In this document: positions 1 through 10,791 of the stretch, piece after piece
Layout: every line of letters starts with the position of its first letter
Position numbering within the stretch: the first letter of the stretch is position 1
Notes under the pieces: generated by a model
What the model was told of the DNA's origin: nothing
The model's database searches: none
What the model saw: only the letters and a program-made list of their open reading frames with translations
From: Macrostomum lignano
Lineage: Eukaryota
Reading direction: 5' to 3'
Length of the DNA stretch: 64,000 nucleotides
Assembly (NCBI GenBank): GCA_002269645.1
Contig: NIVC01000176.1
Span: 186,001-250,000 of the forward strand
Program-made: the position numbers and the translations under genes

Positions 1-292
1 GCACTTTATACTGAGCTCGCCCCTGCCCCCAATTTCGCTACTAGAATAACAATCATTTTCACCATAGACATACGTATGTGAGTCTATTATTGAAATTTTA
101 TGTGTGTCACGTCAACAGCTTGCTGATTTATTGCTTGATTCACACATTCTCACGACTTTCCGGGCAGCCGAAGTACATGGCGATTACAGTCTAGCCTACT
201 CAGAAGTAGCTACTATTAAAATTTCAAAATACTGGTAGCAATCCGACCTGATTTTGACAGCGATCGACAGACCAAGAGAATCTGTTAGCCGC

Positions 293-622
293 TTAATTTT
301 TGCTGTTGCCGCATTGATTGATAGTTTTCTCTTTGATTGCATTTCTGCTGAATTTGGGCATTGACTTGTTGCTTGTGACTGTCGACACCAGGATGACCAC
401 GCTCAGGACAATGATCCCGGCCAAGAAGCCGACGGTCTGGAGAACAACAGTTACATATCGTGGCTTGTTGGATTCTGCTACATTACAACAGCAGTGACCA
501 AGGCCCTGGGCACAATAAAAGACTGCAGATAGCAGTTGACCCGCAAAAAGGATGCACTTCAAGAGTCTATAACTGGGGTGCTCATGCACTGAAGCTCGAG
601 ATTTAACATCGTTAAAAAGCAA
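293..622 (-). CDS. Possible small membrane protein or terminal exon with two hydrophobic segments; function unknown
   Basis: 109-aa non-repetitive ORF with two hydrophobic stretches (LLKCILFAGQLLSAVFYCAQGL; YVTVVLQTVGFLAGIIVLSVVILVSTV). The track start is not an ATG and no family was recognised. Confidence 0.25.
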   Translation of the reverse strand: MLFNDVKSRASVHEHPSYRLLKCILFAGQLLSAVFYCAQGLGHCCCNVAESNKPRYVTVVLQTVGFLAGIIVLSVVILVSTVTSNKSMPKFSRNAIKEKTINQCGNSKN

Positions 623-770
623 AATCTTTCACAACCTCGAAACTTCAGCAACCTCACACAGATTTCGACTGGGTAAGATTCTGAGTCTTGTAATTTAGTG
701 AAAGTGAAAACCAAGTCTTGAGTTGCTGAAGTTCACTGCCTTTGACGATGTGAATTCTTGAGTTGCTGAA

Positions 771-975
771 GACAGACAAACAGAAAAACAGACAAACAGA
801 AAGGCAGACAAAAAGAAAGACAAACACAAAAACAGACAAACAGAAAGGCAGACAAAAAGAAAGACAAGCAGAAAAACAGACAAACAGAAAGGCAGACAAA
901 AAGAAAGACAAACACAAAAACAGACAAACAGAAAGGCAGACAAAAAGAAAGACAAACAGAAAGACAGACAAACAG
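771..975. repeat. 44-bp GACA-rich minisatellite (~4.5 copies)
   Basis: aaggcagacaaaaagaaagac recurs at 801, 845, 889 and 933. A reverse-complement relative lies at ~7560-7645. Confidence 0.85.
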
Positions 976-1162
976 AGCAAAAAGCAGCTACGATAGCAAT
1001 TATTCTGTCGCCAAGCCTGACCGCTCCGAAATCTCATTTATTTCAATTGGACGGTGGTAGCGCTGCCAATGGTAGACGATTGTGATGCAAATGAGATAAA
1101 ACAGGTAAATACCAGCAAAAAGAGGCGCTCTCTGCCTTCCACAGCACCGAAATCGAGCCAAC

Positions 1163-4100
1163 ATGGAAGCTCTTTGGAGAATCCTGACAGCCATTGCAGC
1201 AGTTCTGATGCAGACCTTCGGCAGGTCCGCAGGCCGAAGCGAGAGCCTTGATGGGACCGAACAGGAGATCCTGGAAGCTGTTATGTCCGAAAATGAAGCA
1301 ATAATTTCACGATACCTGCAGACGGCTCCTAACGTTGATAGGCTCCTCAGCATCTCACCGCTTCACATTGCATGCGAAATAGGAAAAGACAAAATTGTCG
1401 AGATGTTCATTCAGGCGAAAGCTGACGTCAATATTCAAGAAGTCGATGGCTGCTCACCTCTCTACGCTGCATCACAGAATGGTCACGACCAAGTTGTGAG
1501 CTCACTCATCAAAGCACAAGCTGACGTCAATCTTCAACGAAACACTGGCGAGTCACCTCTCTACATTGCATCACACTTTGGTCACGACCAAGTTGTGAGC
1601 TCACTCATCAAAGCACAAGCTGACGTCAATCTTCAACGAAACACTGGCGAGTCACCTCTCTACGCTGCATCACACTTTGGTCACGACCAAGTTGTGAGCT
1701 CACTCATCAAAGCACAAGCTGACGTCAATCTTCAAGAAGTCGATGGCTGCTCACCTCTCTACATTGCATCACAGAATGGTCACGACCAAGTTGTGAGCTC
1801 ACTCATCAAAGCACAAGCTGACGTCAATCTTCAACGAAACACTGGCTCGTCACCTCTCTACATTGCATCACAGAATGGTCACGACCAAGTTGTGAGCTCA
1901 CTCATCAAAGCACAAGCTGACGTCAATCTTCAACGAAACACTGGCGAGTCACCTCTCTACATTGCATCACAGAATGGTCACGACCAAGTTGTGAGCTCAC
2001 TCATCAAAGCACAAGCTGACGTCAATCTTCAACGAAACACTGGCGAGTCACCTCTCTACGCTGCATCACAGAATGGTCACGACCAAGTTGTGAGCTCACT
2101 CATCAAAGCACAAGCTGACGTCAATCTTCAACGAAACACTGGCTCGTCACCTCTCTACGCTGCATCACACTTTGGTCACGACCAAGTTGTGAGCTCACTC
2201 ATCAAAGCACAAGCTGACGTCAATCTTCAACGAAACACTGGCGAGTCACCTCTCTACGCTGCATCACACTTTGGTCACGACCAAGTTGTGAGCTCACTCA
2301 TCAAAGCACAAGCTGACGTCAATCTTCAAGAAGTCGATGGCTGCTCACCTCTCTACATTGCATCACAGAATGGTCACGACCAAGTTGTGAGCTCACTCAT
2401 CAAAGCACAAGCTGACGTCAATCTTCAACGAAACACTGGCTCGTCACCTCTCTACATTGCATCACAGAATGGTCACGACCAAGTTGTGAGCTCACTCATC
2501 AAAGCACAAGCTGACGTCAATCTTCAACAAATCCAAGGCGGTTCACCTCTCTACATTGCATCACAGAATGGTCACGACCAAGTTGTGAGCTCACTCATCA
2601 AAGCACAAGCTGACGTCAATCTTCAACGAAACACTGGCTCGTCACCTCTCTACGCTGCATCACAGAATGGTCACGACCAAGTTGTGAGCTCACTCATCAA
2701 AGCACAAGCTGACGTCAATCTTCAACGAAACACTGGCGAGTCACCTCTCTACGCTGCATCACACTTTGGTCACGACCAAGTTGTGAGCTCACTCATCAAA
2801 GCACAAGCTGACGTCAATCTTCAAGAAGTCGATGGCTGCTCACCTCTCTACATTGCATCACAGAATGGTCACGACCAAGTTGTGAGCTCACTCATCAAAG
2901 CACAAGCTGACGTCAATCTTCAACGAAACACTGGCTCGTCACCTCTCTACATTGCATCACAGAATGGTCACGACCAAGTTGTGAGCTCACTCATCAAAGC
3001 ACAAGCTGACGTCAATCTTCAACAAATCCAAGGCGGTTCACCTCTCTACATTGCATCACAGAATGGTCACGACCAAGTTGTGAGCTCACTCATCAAAGCA
3101 CAAGCTGACGTCAATCTTCAACGAAACACTGGCGAGTCACCTCTCTACGCTGCATCACAGAATGGTCACGACCAAGTTGTGAGCTCACTCATCAAAGCAC
3201 AAGCTGACGTCAATCTTCAACGAAACACTGGCGAGTCACCTCTCTACGCTGCATCACACTTTGGTCACGACCAAGTTGTGAGCTCACTCATCAAAGCACA
3301 AGCTGACGTCAATCTTCAAGAAGTCGATGGCTGCTCACCTCTCTACATTGCATCACAGAATGGTCACGACCAAGTTGTGAGCTCACTCATCAAAGCACAA
3401 GCTGACGTCAATCTTCAACGAAACACTGGCTCGTCACCTCTCTACGCTGCATCACACTTTGGTCACGACCAAGTTGTGAGCTCACTCATCAAAGCACAAG
3501 CTGACGTCAATCTTCAACGAAACACTGGCGAGTCACCTCTCTACGCTGCATCACAGAATGGTCACGACCAAGTTGTGAGCTCACTCATCAAAGCACAAGC
3601 TGACGTCAATCTTCAACGAAACACTGGCGAGTCACCTCTCTACATTGCATCACAGAATGGTCACGACCAAGTTGTGAGCTCACTCATCAAAGCACAAGCT
3701 GACGTCAATCTTCAACGAAACACTGGCGAGTCACCTCTCTACGCTGCATCACAGAATGGTCACGACCAAGTTGTGAGCTCACTCATCAAAGCACAAGCTG
3801 ACGTCAATCTTCAACGAAACACTGGCGAGTCACCTCTCTACGCTGCATCACACTTTGGTCACGACCAAGTTGTGAGCTCACTCATCAAAGCACAAGCTGA
3901 CGTCAATCTTCAACGAAACACTGGCTCGTCACCTCTCTACGCTGCATCACAGAATGGTCACGACCAAGTTGTGAGCTCACTCATCAAAGCACAAGCTGAC
4001 GTCAATCTTCAACGAAACACTGGCGAGTCACCTCTCTACGCTGCATCACACTTTGGTCACGACCAAGTTGTGAGCTCACTCATCAAAGCACAAGCTGACG

Positions 4101-7100
4101 TCAATCTTCAAGAAGTCGATGGCTGCTCACCTCTCTACATTGCATCACAGAATGGTCACGACCAAGTTGTGAGCTCACTCATCAAAGCACAAGCTGACGT
4201 CAATCTTCAACGAAACACTGGCTCGTCACCTCTCTACATTGCATCACAGAATGGTCACGACCAAGTTGTGAGCTCACTCATCAAAGCACAAGCTGACGTC
4301 AATCTTCAACAAATCCAAGGCGGTTCACCTCTCTACATTGCATCACAGAATGGTCACGACCAAGTTGTGAGCTCACTCATCAAAGCACAAGCTGACGTCA
4401 ATCTTCAACGAAACACTGGCGAGTCACCTCTCTACGCTGCATCACAGAATGGTCACGACCAAGTTGTGAGCTCACTCATCAAAGCACAAGCTGACGTCAA
4501 TCTTCAACGAAACACTGGCGAGTCACCTCTCTACGCTGCATCACACTTTGGTCACGACCAAGTTGTGAGCTCACTCATCAAAGCACAAGCTGACGTCAAT
4601 CTTCAAGAAGTCGATGGCTGCTCACCTCTCTACATTGCATCACAGAATGGTCACGACCAAGTTGTGAGCTCACTCATCAAAGCACAAGCTGACGTCAATC
4701 TTCAACGAAACACTGGCGAGTCACCTCTCTACATTGCATCACAGAATGGTCACGACCAAGTTGTGAGCTCACTCATCAAAGCACAAGCTGACGTCAATCT
4801 TCAACAAATCCAAGGCGGTTCACCTCTCTACATTGCATCACAGAATGGTCACGACCAAGTTGTGAGCTCACTCATCAAAGCACAAGCTGACGTCAATCTT
4901 CAACGAAACACTGGCGAGTCACCTCTCTACGCTGCATCACAGAATGGTCACGACCAAGTTGTGAGCTCACTCATCAAAGCACAAGCTGACGTCAATCTTC
5001 AACGAAACACTGGCGAGTCACCTCTCTACGCTGCATCACACTTTGGTCACGACCAAGTTGTGAGCTCACTCATCAAAGCACAAGCTGACGTCAATCTTCA
5101 AGAAGTCGATGGCTGCTCACCTCTCTACATTGCATCACAGAATGGTCACGACCAAGTTGTGAGCTCACTCATCAAAGCACAAGCTGACGTCAATCTTCAA
5201 CGAAACACTGGCGAGTCACCTCTCTACATTGCATCACAGAATGGTCACGACCAAGTTGTGAGCTCACTCATCAAAGCACAAGCTGACGTCAATCTTCAAC
5301 AAATCCAAGGCGGTTCACCTCTCTACATTGCATCACAGAATGGTCACGACCAAGTTGTGAGCTCACTCATCAAAGCACAAGCTGACGTCAATCTTCAACG
5401 AAACACTGGCGAGTCACCTCTCTACGCTGCATCACAGAATGGTCACGACCAAGTTGTGAGCTCACTCATCAAAGCACAAGCTGACGTCAATCTTCAAGAA
5501 GTCGATGGCTGCTCACCTCTCTACATTGCATCACAGAATGGTCACGACCAAGTTGTGAGCTCACTCATCAAAGCACAAGCTGACGTCAATCTTCAACGAA
5601 ACACTGGCGAGTCACCTCTCTACATTGCATCACAGAATGGTCACGACCAAGTTGTGAGCTCACTCATCAAAGCACAAGCTGACGTCAATCTTCAACGAAA
5701 CACTGGCGAGTCACCTCTCTACGCTGCATCACACTTTGGTCACGACCAAGTTGTGAGCTCACTCATCAAAGCACAAGCTGACGTCAATCTTCAAGAAGTC
5801 GATGGCTGCTCACCTCTCTACATTGCATCACAGAATGGTCACGACCAAGTTGTGAGCTCACTCATCAAAGCACAAGCTGACGTCAATCTTCAACGAAACA
5901 CTGGCGAGTCACCTCTCTACGCTGCATCACAGAATGGTCACGACCAAGTTGTGAGCTCACTCATCAAAGCACAAGCTGACGTCAATCTTCAACGAAACAC
6001 TGGCGAGTCACCTCTCTACGCTGCATCACAGAATGGTCACGACCAAGTTGTGAGCCTACTCAACAAAGCTCAAGATGCCGCCAATATCGAACATATTAGT
6101 AGTCAAGAAAATTCTAAATCATCTGCTTTGGAAGAACCACAGGAACAGTCAGAATTCGGGTGAGTTTCAATCGTTTTTTGGCGTTCTTTTCTTTAGATTT
6201 GCGATTTCTTGCAAAAAAATTTCTATTACTCTTTTACGTGTTCGAAAAGTTTGTGTAATTTTACAGGTCTGCAGCCAAAAGAGGCAGTTTTGAAAGTAGG
6301 AACAGAATTTAAACAGTGGAAGGCGAGAGCTTGCACAATTCTGAGTCAAGATGGATTTGGCATCGCTGATTTCAGCACACTAGTAGGAAAAGGGCTGACT
6401 GCCCCACTTCGCTGATTGGCCCAATTAGCGAGGAGGAGGACCTGGAGGTGGGGTGGGGCAGACTGGGGTTGGGTCGGAGGCTGTGAAGTGTTCACCGGAT
6501 TTTTCCAAGACTCAGAAGTAAATGCAATGTTTAGTTTCAAACGCGAGCAAACCCTAGCAGCCACAAAGGTGGTGGCCTAAATAGGCACACGCATGTACAA
6601 AGCACCCACCCCCCACCAGAAAGCCAACCAAACAGCCCCTTGCACTAAAGGCGGTTAGCCCTCGCGGGCTCGCGCAAACCGGTGCAAAATGTGGAGTTCA
6701 GGACCCCACCTGCCGCCATTCTAACGATGGGCATCGTCAGCCAATCAGCTTATTTTCCGACCGAGACCGTTCGACCAATAAAGTTCCCTCCGCAACCAGA
6801 CCACAAAAAATCTACATGAACAGCCAATGGACAATGAAAACTTTTCAGTAGCAAATCATACAGAAATTAGCTCTGGACACATCCAGTAGGCACTTGCCCC
6901 TGAGTCATGGACACTCAACCCCGAGTCATATGCGCTCACACTATGGACCCACCTCCGGATGCCCCACCCCACCTCCAGGAGCTCCTCCTCGCTTATTGGC
7001 TGGTGGGTCAACCTGTTTTCCTACTCCTCACACAAGTCAGGAAGTTTCTGCACCAATAGTTTTTGCGATTCTGCACCGCATTTTGGATCAACTGCTTACA

Positions 7101-10100
7101 ACAATTCATGCACTGTTCTGGAGTGCTGCCTATGCTACACAAATAAGTCAATTATCTCTTCTAGAAGTGCACCTTTTTCAACAACAACTAACATTTTAGA
7201 TGCAGTCCCAGCGACTCAGAGCTGAGCGAGCAGCTGCACTCAGCACTGGAGCAGTCAGGCTTTACCGAATCCCGAGCCGCATTGCAGAGCGCAGCTGCCG
7301 ATGCCCTGCAGCAGATTCTGAGAAGTCGAAAGAACTACAATTACATTTTTGTGGTCGGCAGCTACTCAGAAGGCTGGGGCAACAGCCTGACGACACTGGA
7401 CGGCAGAACTGACGCCAATTCCGACATTGATGTGATGGATTTGATTCCCGGCCGAGAATACCACCAGAGAGGCCTGTGCGAGTGCGATGGAGCTCCGGAG
7501 CAGCAGGAGTTGGTGAACGGGCACATTCAGTGCTCAGGATTCGGTGAGTTCACTCTCTTCTGTCTTCTGTTTGTCTTTCCGTTTGTCTGTCTTTCTGTTT
7601 GTCTGCCTTTCTGTTTGTCTGTCTTTCTGTTTGTCTGTCTTTCTATTTGAATGGAATAATTTTTTTTAAATAAACTGCATGTAGGTTATGAAACTTTTAT
7701 GCCTTAATTCCGCAAAAAGCATGTCATTTCAAGGAATGACTGTAAATGTACGTGTATCATTGCATACATGCATATGCTGAGTCTAATTGGATGCTCTCCT
7801 ACACCGAACATGTATACAGTATGTTACCACACTACATGACCGTACAACCTTGTAAAGTCACCATTGTTAATATCACAGGGAACCATGACTTTGAAAGCAA
7901 AAGATCATCCGCCCTGAAAGCCAGCAATGCAGCCTAAGACATCAGATCCTCTATAAGCTTTGGCTCAAAACACCTGAACAACTCCCAGTGAGCCAAGCAT
8001 TTCAGCAACACCCCCATAAGCCTTGACATCTCAGCAATTTCCTTCTTGAGACTTGACATCGCAGAAACCCCCCAATGACCTTGACATTTCAGCAACTCCC
8101 CCCCCTTGAGCCTTAGCATCTTTGCAATCCTCCCCGTGAGCCTTAGCATCTTTGCAATCCTCCCCGTGAGCCTTAGCATCTTTGCAATCCTCCCCGTCAG
8201 CCTTAGCATCTTTGCAATCCTCCACATGAGCCTTAGCATCTTTGCAATCCTCCACATGAGCCTTAGCATCTTTACAATTCTCCCCCGTGAGCCTTAGCAT
8301 CTTTACAATTCTCCCCCGTGAGCCTTAGCATCTTTACAATTCTCCCCCGTGAGCCTTAGCATCTTTGCAATCCTCCACATGAGCCTTAGCATCTTTGCAA
8401 TCCTCCACATGAGCCTTAGCATCTTTGCAATCCTCCACATGAGCCTTAGCATCTTTACAATTCTCCCCCGTGAGCCTTAGCATCTTTACAATTCTCCCCC
8501 GTGAGCCTTAGCATCTTTGCAATCCCCCCTGTGAGCCTTAGCATCTTTGCAATTCCCCCGACGACTTACGGAAGAATGTGGCTCGTCTTATCGCTCGGAG
8601 GAACTGGATGAGCCGTGGGATGCTGTCGGGCTGGCAGACCTTGTCAATAGACGGATTCGGCCCGAGATAGCGTGGCCGGTCTCTGGTAAAGAAAGGGCAG
8701 TGACAGACGAAGTGCTTTCCAAGCAAGGCCTTCTCTAGTTTATCGACCAGGACGTGCAGCGCGCTTTCGGTGGAGCGACCCGCCCGAAAAGCGTGCTCGT
8801 TTTCGCTGAGAGGCTTGTTCTTCAGTTTCGCAGAGAGAAGGCGCCAGAGCACCAGTCTCTCCATCAGCTTGACCAGGGAGGAGGTCAAGCTGATTGGTCT
8901 GAAGGATTTGATAGAATGGTAGTCCGGGCCGCTCTTAAGATGCGGTCCTCCGTGTGCAATTCCCCCGTGAGCCTTAGCATTTTTGTAATTCCCCCCATGA
9001 GTCTTTTATGCTTGACGGTGCGATTATTTTATGGTTGAACTGTAACCCTAACCCAGTGAGCCACAGCAATTCGGAACTTCTGTCCGTGAAACTTTCTTGA
9101 GACATTCTTTCATAAGTGAATTCTAACCCTACAGAGTCACAGCTTCTTCATGTTTGACATGATGCTTCTTAGTAGTTTATAGAATATGGAAATAATTTTC
9201 AACTGTTCTTCTTTCCCAACCAGTCCAAATCATCACTGCATTGACTCAAAGCAGTTTATTGCTCAACCAGTCCAAATCATCACTGCATTGACTCAAAGCA
9301 GTTTATTGCCCAATCTGTAACCAAAATACTTTTACAGCCTCCAATCCTGCTATAGCGACACCCGGATTCACACTGAGGCCAGCGCTGGACGATGTCTCTG
9401 CGTGCCGTCTCTGCCGCTACCCGCCCATCACGCCGCTGCTGCTAAACCGCGTCTCGAACATCCCCCCTCGGGTCCTGGAGGCTCTCCGGAAGGTTCTCAC
9501 CTCCGCCTCATTGCCCTGCCACGTGGTGCACGCAGCCTCTCCTGGCCGAGGCGGCAAAGAGCTCCGCGTGAGCACCAGCTTCCTGGAGAACCGGATGCTG
9601 CGAAGTCTCACTACCCTGCAAGGTCAGCTGTTCGTCACACTCAAATACCTGGTCAAGAAGGTCATCTGTCACAAGAATGGCTTCAATCAGCAAGGCTTGA
9701 GGTCCTACCACGTAAAGACCATCTTCTTCCGAATGGTGGACGAGACGCCGGTCGAGCAGTGGAAGAAGGAGAACCTCGTGATTCTCACGAGACAGTCGCT
9801 GCAGATGCTGCTCGACTGTGTGGAGAAGAGCCGAGAGCAGGACAGACAAACACCTGACACACCTGACCGATCTCGGGGTCGCATCATGAATCATTTCTTT
9901 CTCAGCGATGCGGCCATCTACCTCAAGGGTGCGGGCAAGGAGAGAGTGGAGCAGCATTTGGACGGCATCACGAGCACACTGAGAACAGTAATCGATCGGC
10001 TGCCCCAACTGCTGCAGCAGTTCATCGGCAGTCTCAGACCTGTGAGCGACTCAGGCACATTCTACTTCCACCCGTTCCAAATCCTGCCGAAGCTGAGTCC

Positions 10101-10791
10101 GATGCCCCTCACGAAGTCCAGTACTCTTGAGTACTACCAGATCTACGACGTGGTGAGAGAGTGTCTGGTGGGTCTCTCTTGCAGTGACTGCAGCCCGCGA
10201 TCTCAGGAGTCGCTCACAGAGCTGATTGCCAGACTGCCAGACTGCGCCCTCTCAGCACGGGAGGCTCTCAGAGCGCTGGCTTGCCTGAAGTTCGGCTACC
10301 GAGGAACTGCAGAGAGAGTCGTGAGCTCGTGCTCAGGTCACTCGGTGAGCAGAGGCATCGCTTGGTCTCGTGAGAAGTCTGCGACTGAAGCGACTGTGGA
10401 GTTCCTGATGCGGCATCTGAGCAGCCGCGACTCGACGTGGAAGTTCTGCTTTTTTTTCGACCAGCAACCGAAACTCGAATTCTTGACAGGAGCTCTGAGG
10501 GAGTGCTTTCCCCTCCGGTTGTCAGGCAGTGCTGTCTATTTCTACATGAACTTTGACGCTCTGCTGTGGGCTCTGCGGCTGGAGCTGCGGACTGATGGAG
10601 AAGCGAGCGCTCAGGACTGGATCCGGGATGTGGCGGAGAGAGAGAACTCGGATGAGCAGGAGCTGCAGGTTGCCGCTTTTTATGCTTCGAATCCGGAGCA
10701 GATTTCGAATATGTTAAAGAAGCTGAAGATGATGGAAGCAGATCTTCTCAATTGGCTGAAGGCGAGACTCCGGGAAAAATGGCAGACTTAA
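1163..10791 (+). CDS. Ankyrin-repeat / Mab-21 (cGAS-like receptor, cGLR) nucleotidyltransferase fusion, 3 exons (1163-6159, 7200-7543, 9338-10791), ~2264 aa
   Basis: Donor GG|GTGAGT at 6159/6160 (phase 2) joins acceptor TTTTAG|A at 7199/7200. Donor G|GTGAGT at 7543/7544 (phase 1) joins TTTTACAG|CC at 9337/9338. Total 6795 nt = 2265 codons. Exon 2 has VGSYSEG...NSDIDV (NTase GS + DxD). Exon 3 has ALDDVSACRLCRYP (third acidic strand, then the WP-like position), LRVSTSFLENRML, SYHVKTIFF and NHFF, which are Mab-21 family motifs. Confidence 0.9.
1439..6055 (+). repeat. Coding tandem array of 47 x 99-bp (33-aa) ankyrin repeats with very high internal conservation
   Basis: Consensus G-x-SPLY[I/A]AS[QN/HF]GHDQVVSSLIKAQADVNLQ. 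First and last units lie 46 x 99 nt apart. A divergent N-cap repeat (ISPLHIACEIGKDKIVEMFIQAKADVN) precedes them. Confidence 0.97.
7960..8560. repeat. 30/31-bp intronic minisatellite (gagccttagcatctttgcaatcctccccgt)
   Basis: ~15 well-conserved copies at 8100-8560, degenerate copies from 7960, and one further unit after the LINE insert at 8955-9000. Confidence 0.92.
8561..8954 (-). mobile_element. Truncated, internally deleted non-LTR retrotransposon (R1/LOA/I-like LINE) with 13-bp flanking direct repeat
   Basis: Minus strand reads HLKSGPDYHSIKSFRPISLTSSLVKLMERLV...LSENEHAFRAGRSTESALHVLVDKLEKAL (LINE RT N-terminal motifs), then HFVCHCPFFTRDRPRYLG (resembles the LINE C-terminal Cys/His tail). 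TGCAATTCCCCCG lies at 8548-8560 and 8955-8967. Confidence 0.85.
9217..9309. repeat. 47-bp tandem duplication just upstream of the cGLR exon 3 acceptor
   Basis: caaccagtccaaatcatcactgcattgactcaaagcagtttattgc starts at 9217 and at 9264. Confidence 0.9.

Noticed and set aside
1439-6055. Constant repeats with variable intervening segments resembling a CRISPR array
   Set aside because: The variable parts are a few recurring in-frame alleles, not unique spacers. The array is a eukaryotic ankyrin-coding exon and no cas genes are present.
1163-6163. Stand-alone 1666-aa ankyrin protein as in the ORF track
   Set aside because: The TGA lies inside a consensus donor (G|GTGAGT), and phase-matched downstream exons extend the frame. 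A short isoform cannot be excluded.
1439-8954. Diversity-generating retroelement (variable repeats plus a nearby RT)
   Set aside because: Substitutions are not adenine-specific and there is no TR/VR pair. The RT piece is a LINE-type fragment lacking the catalytic core.
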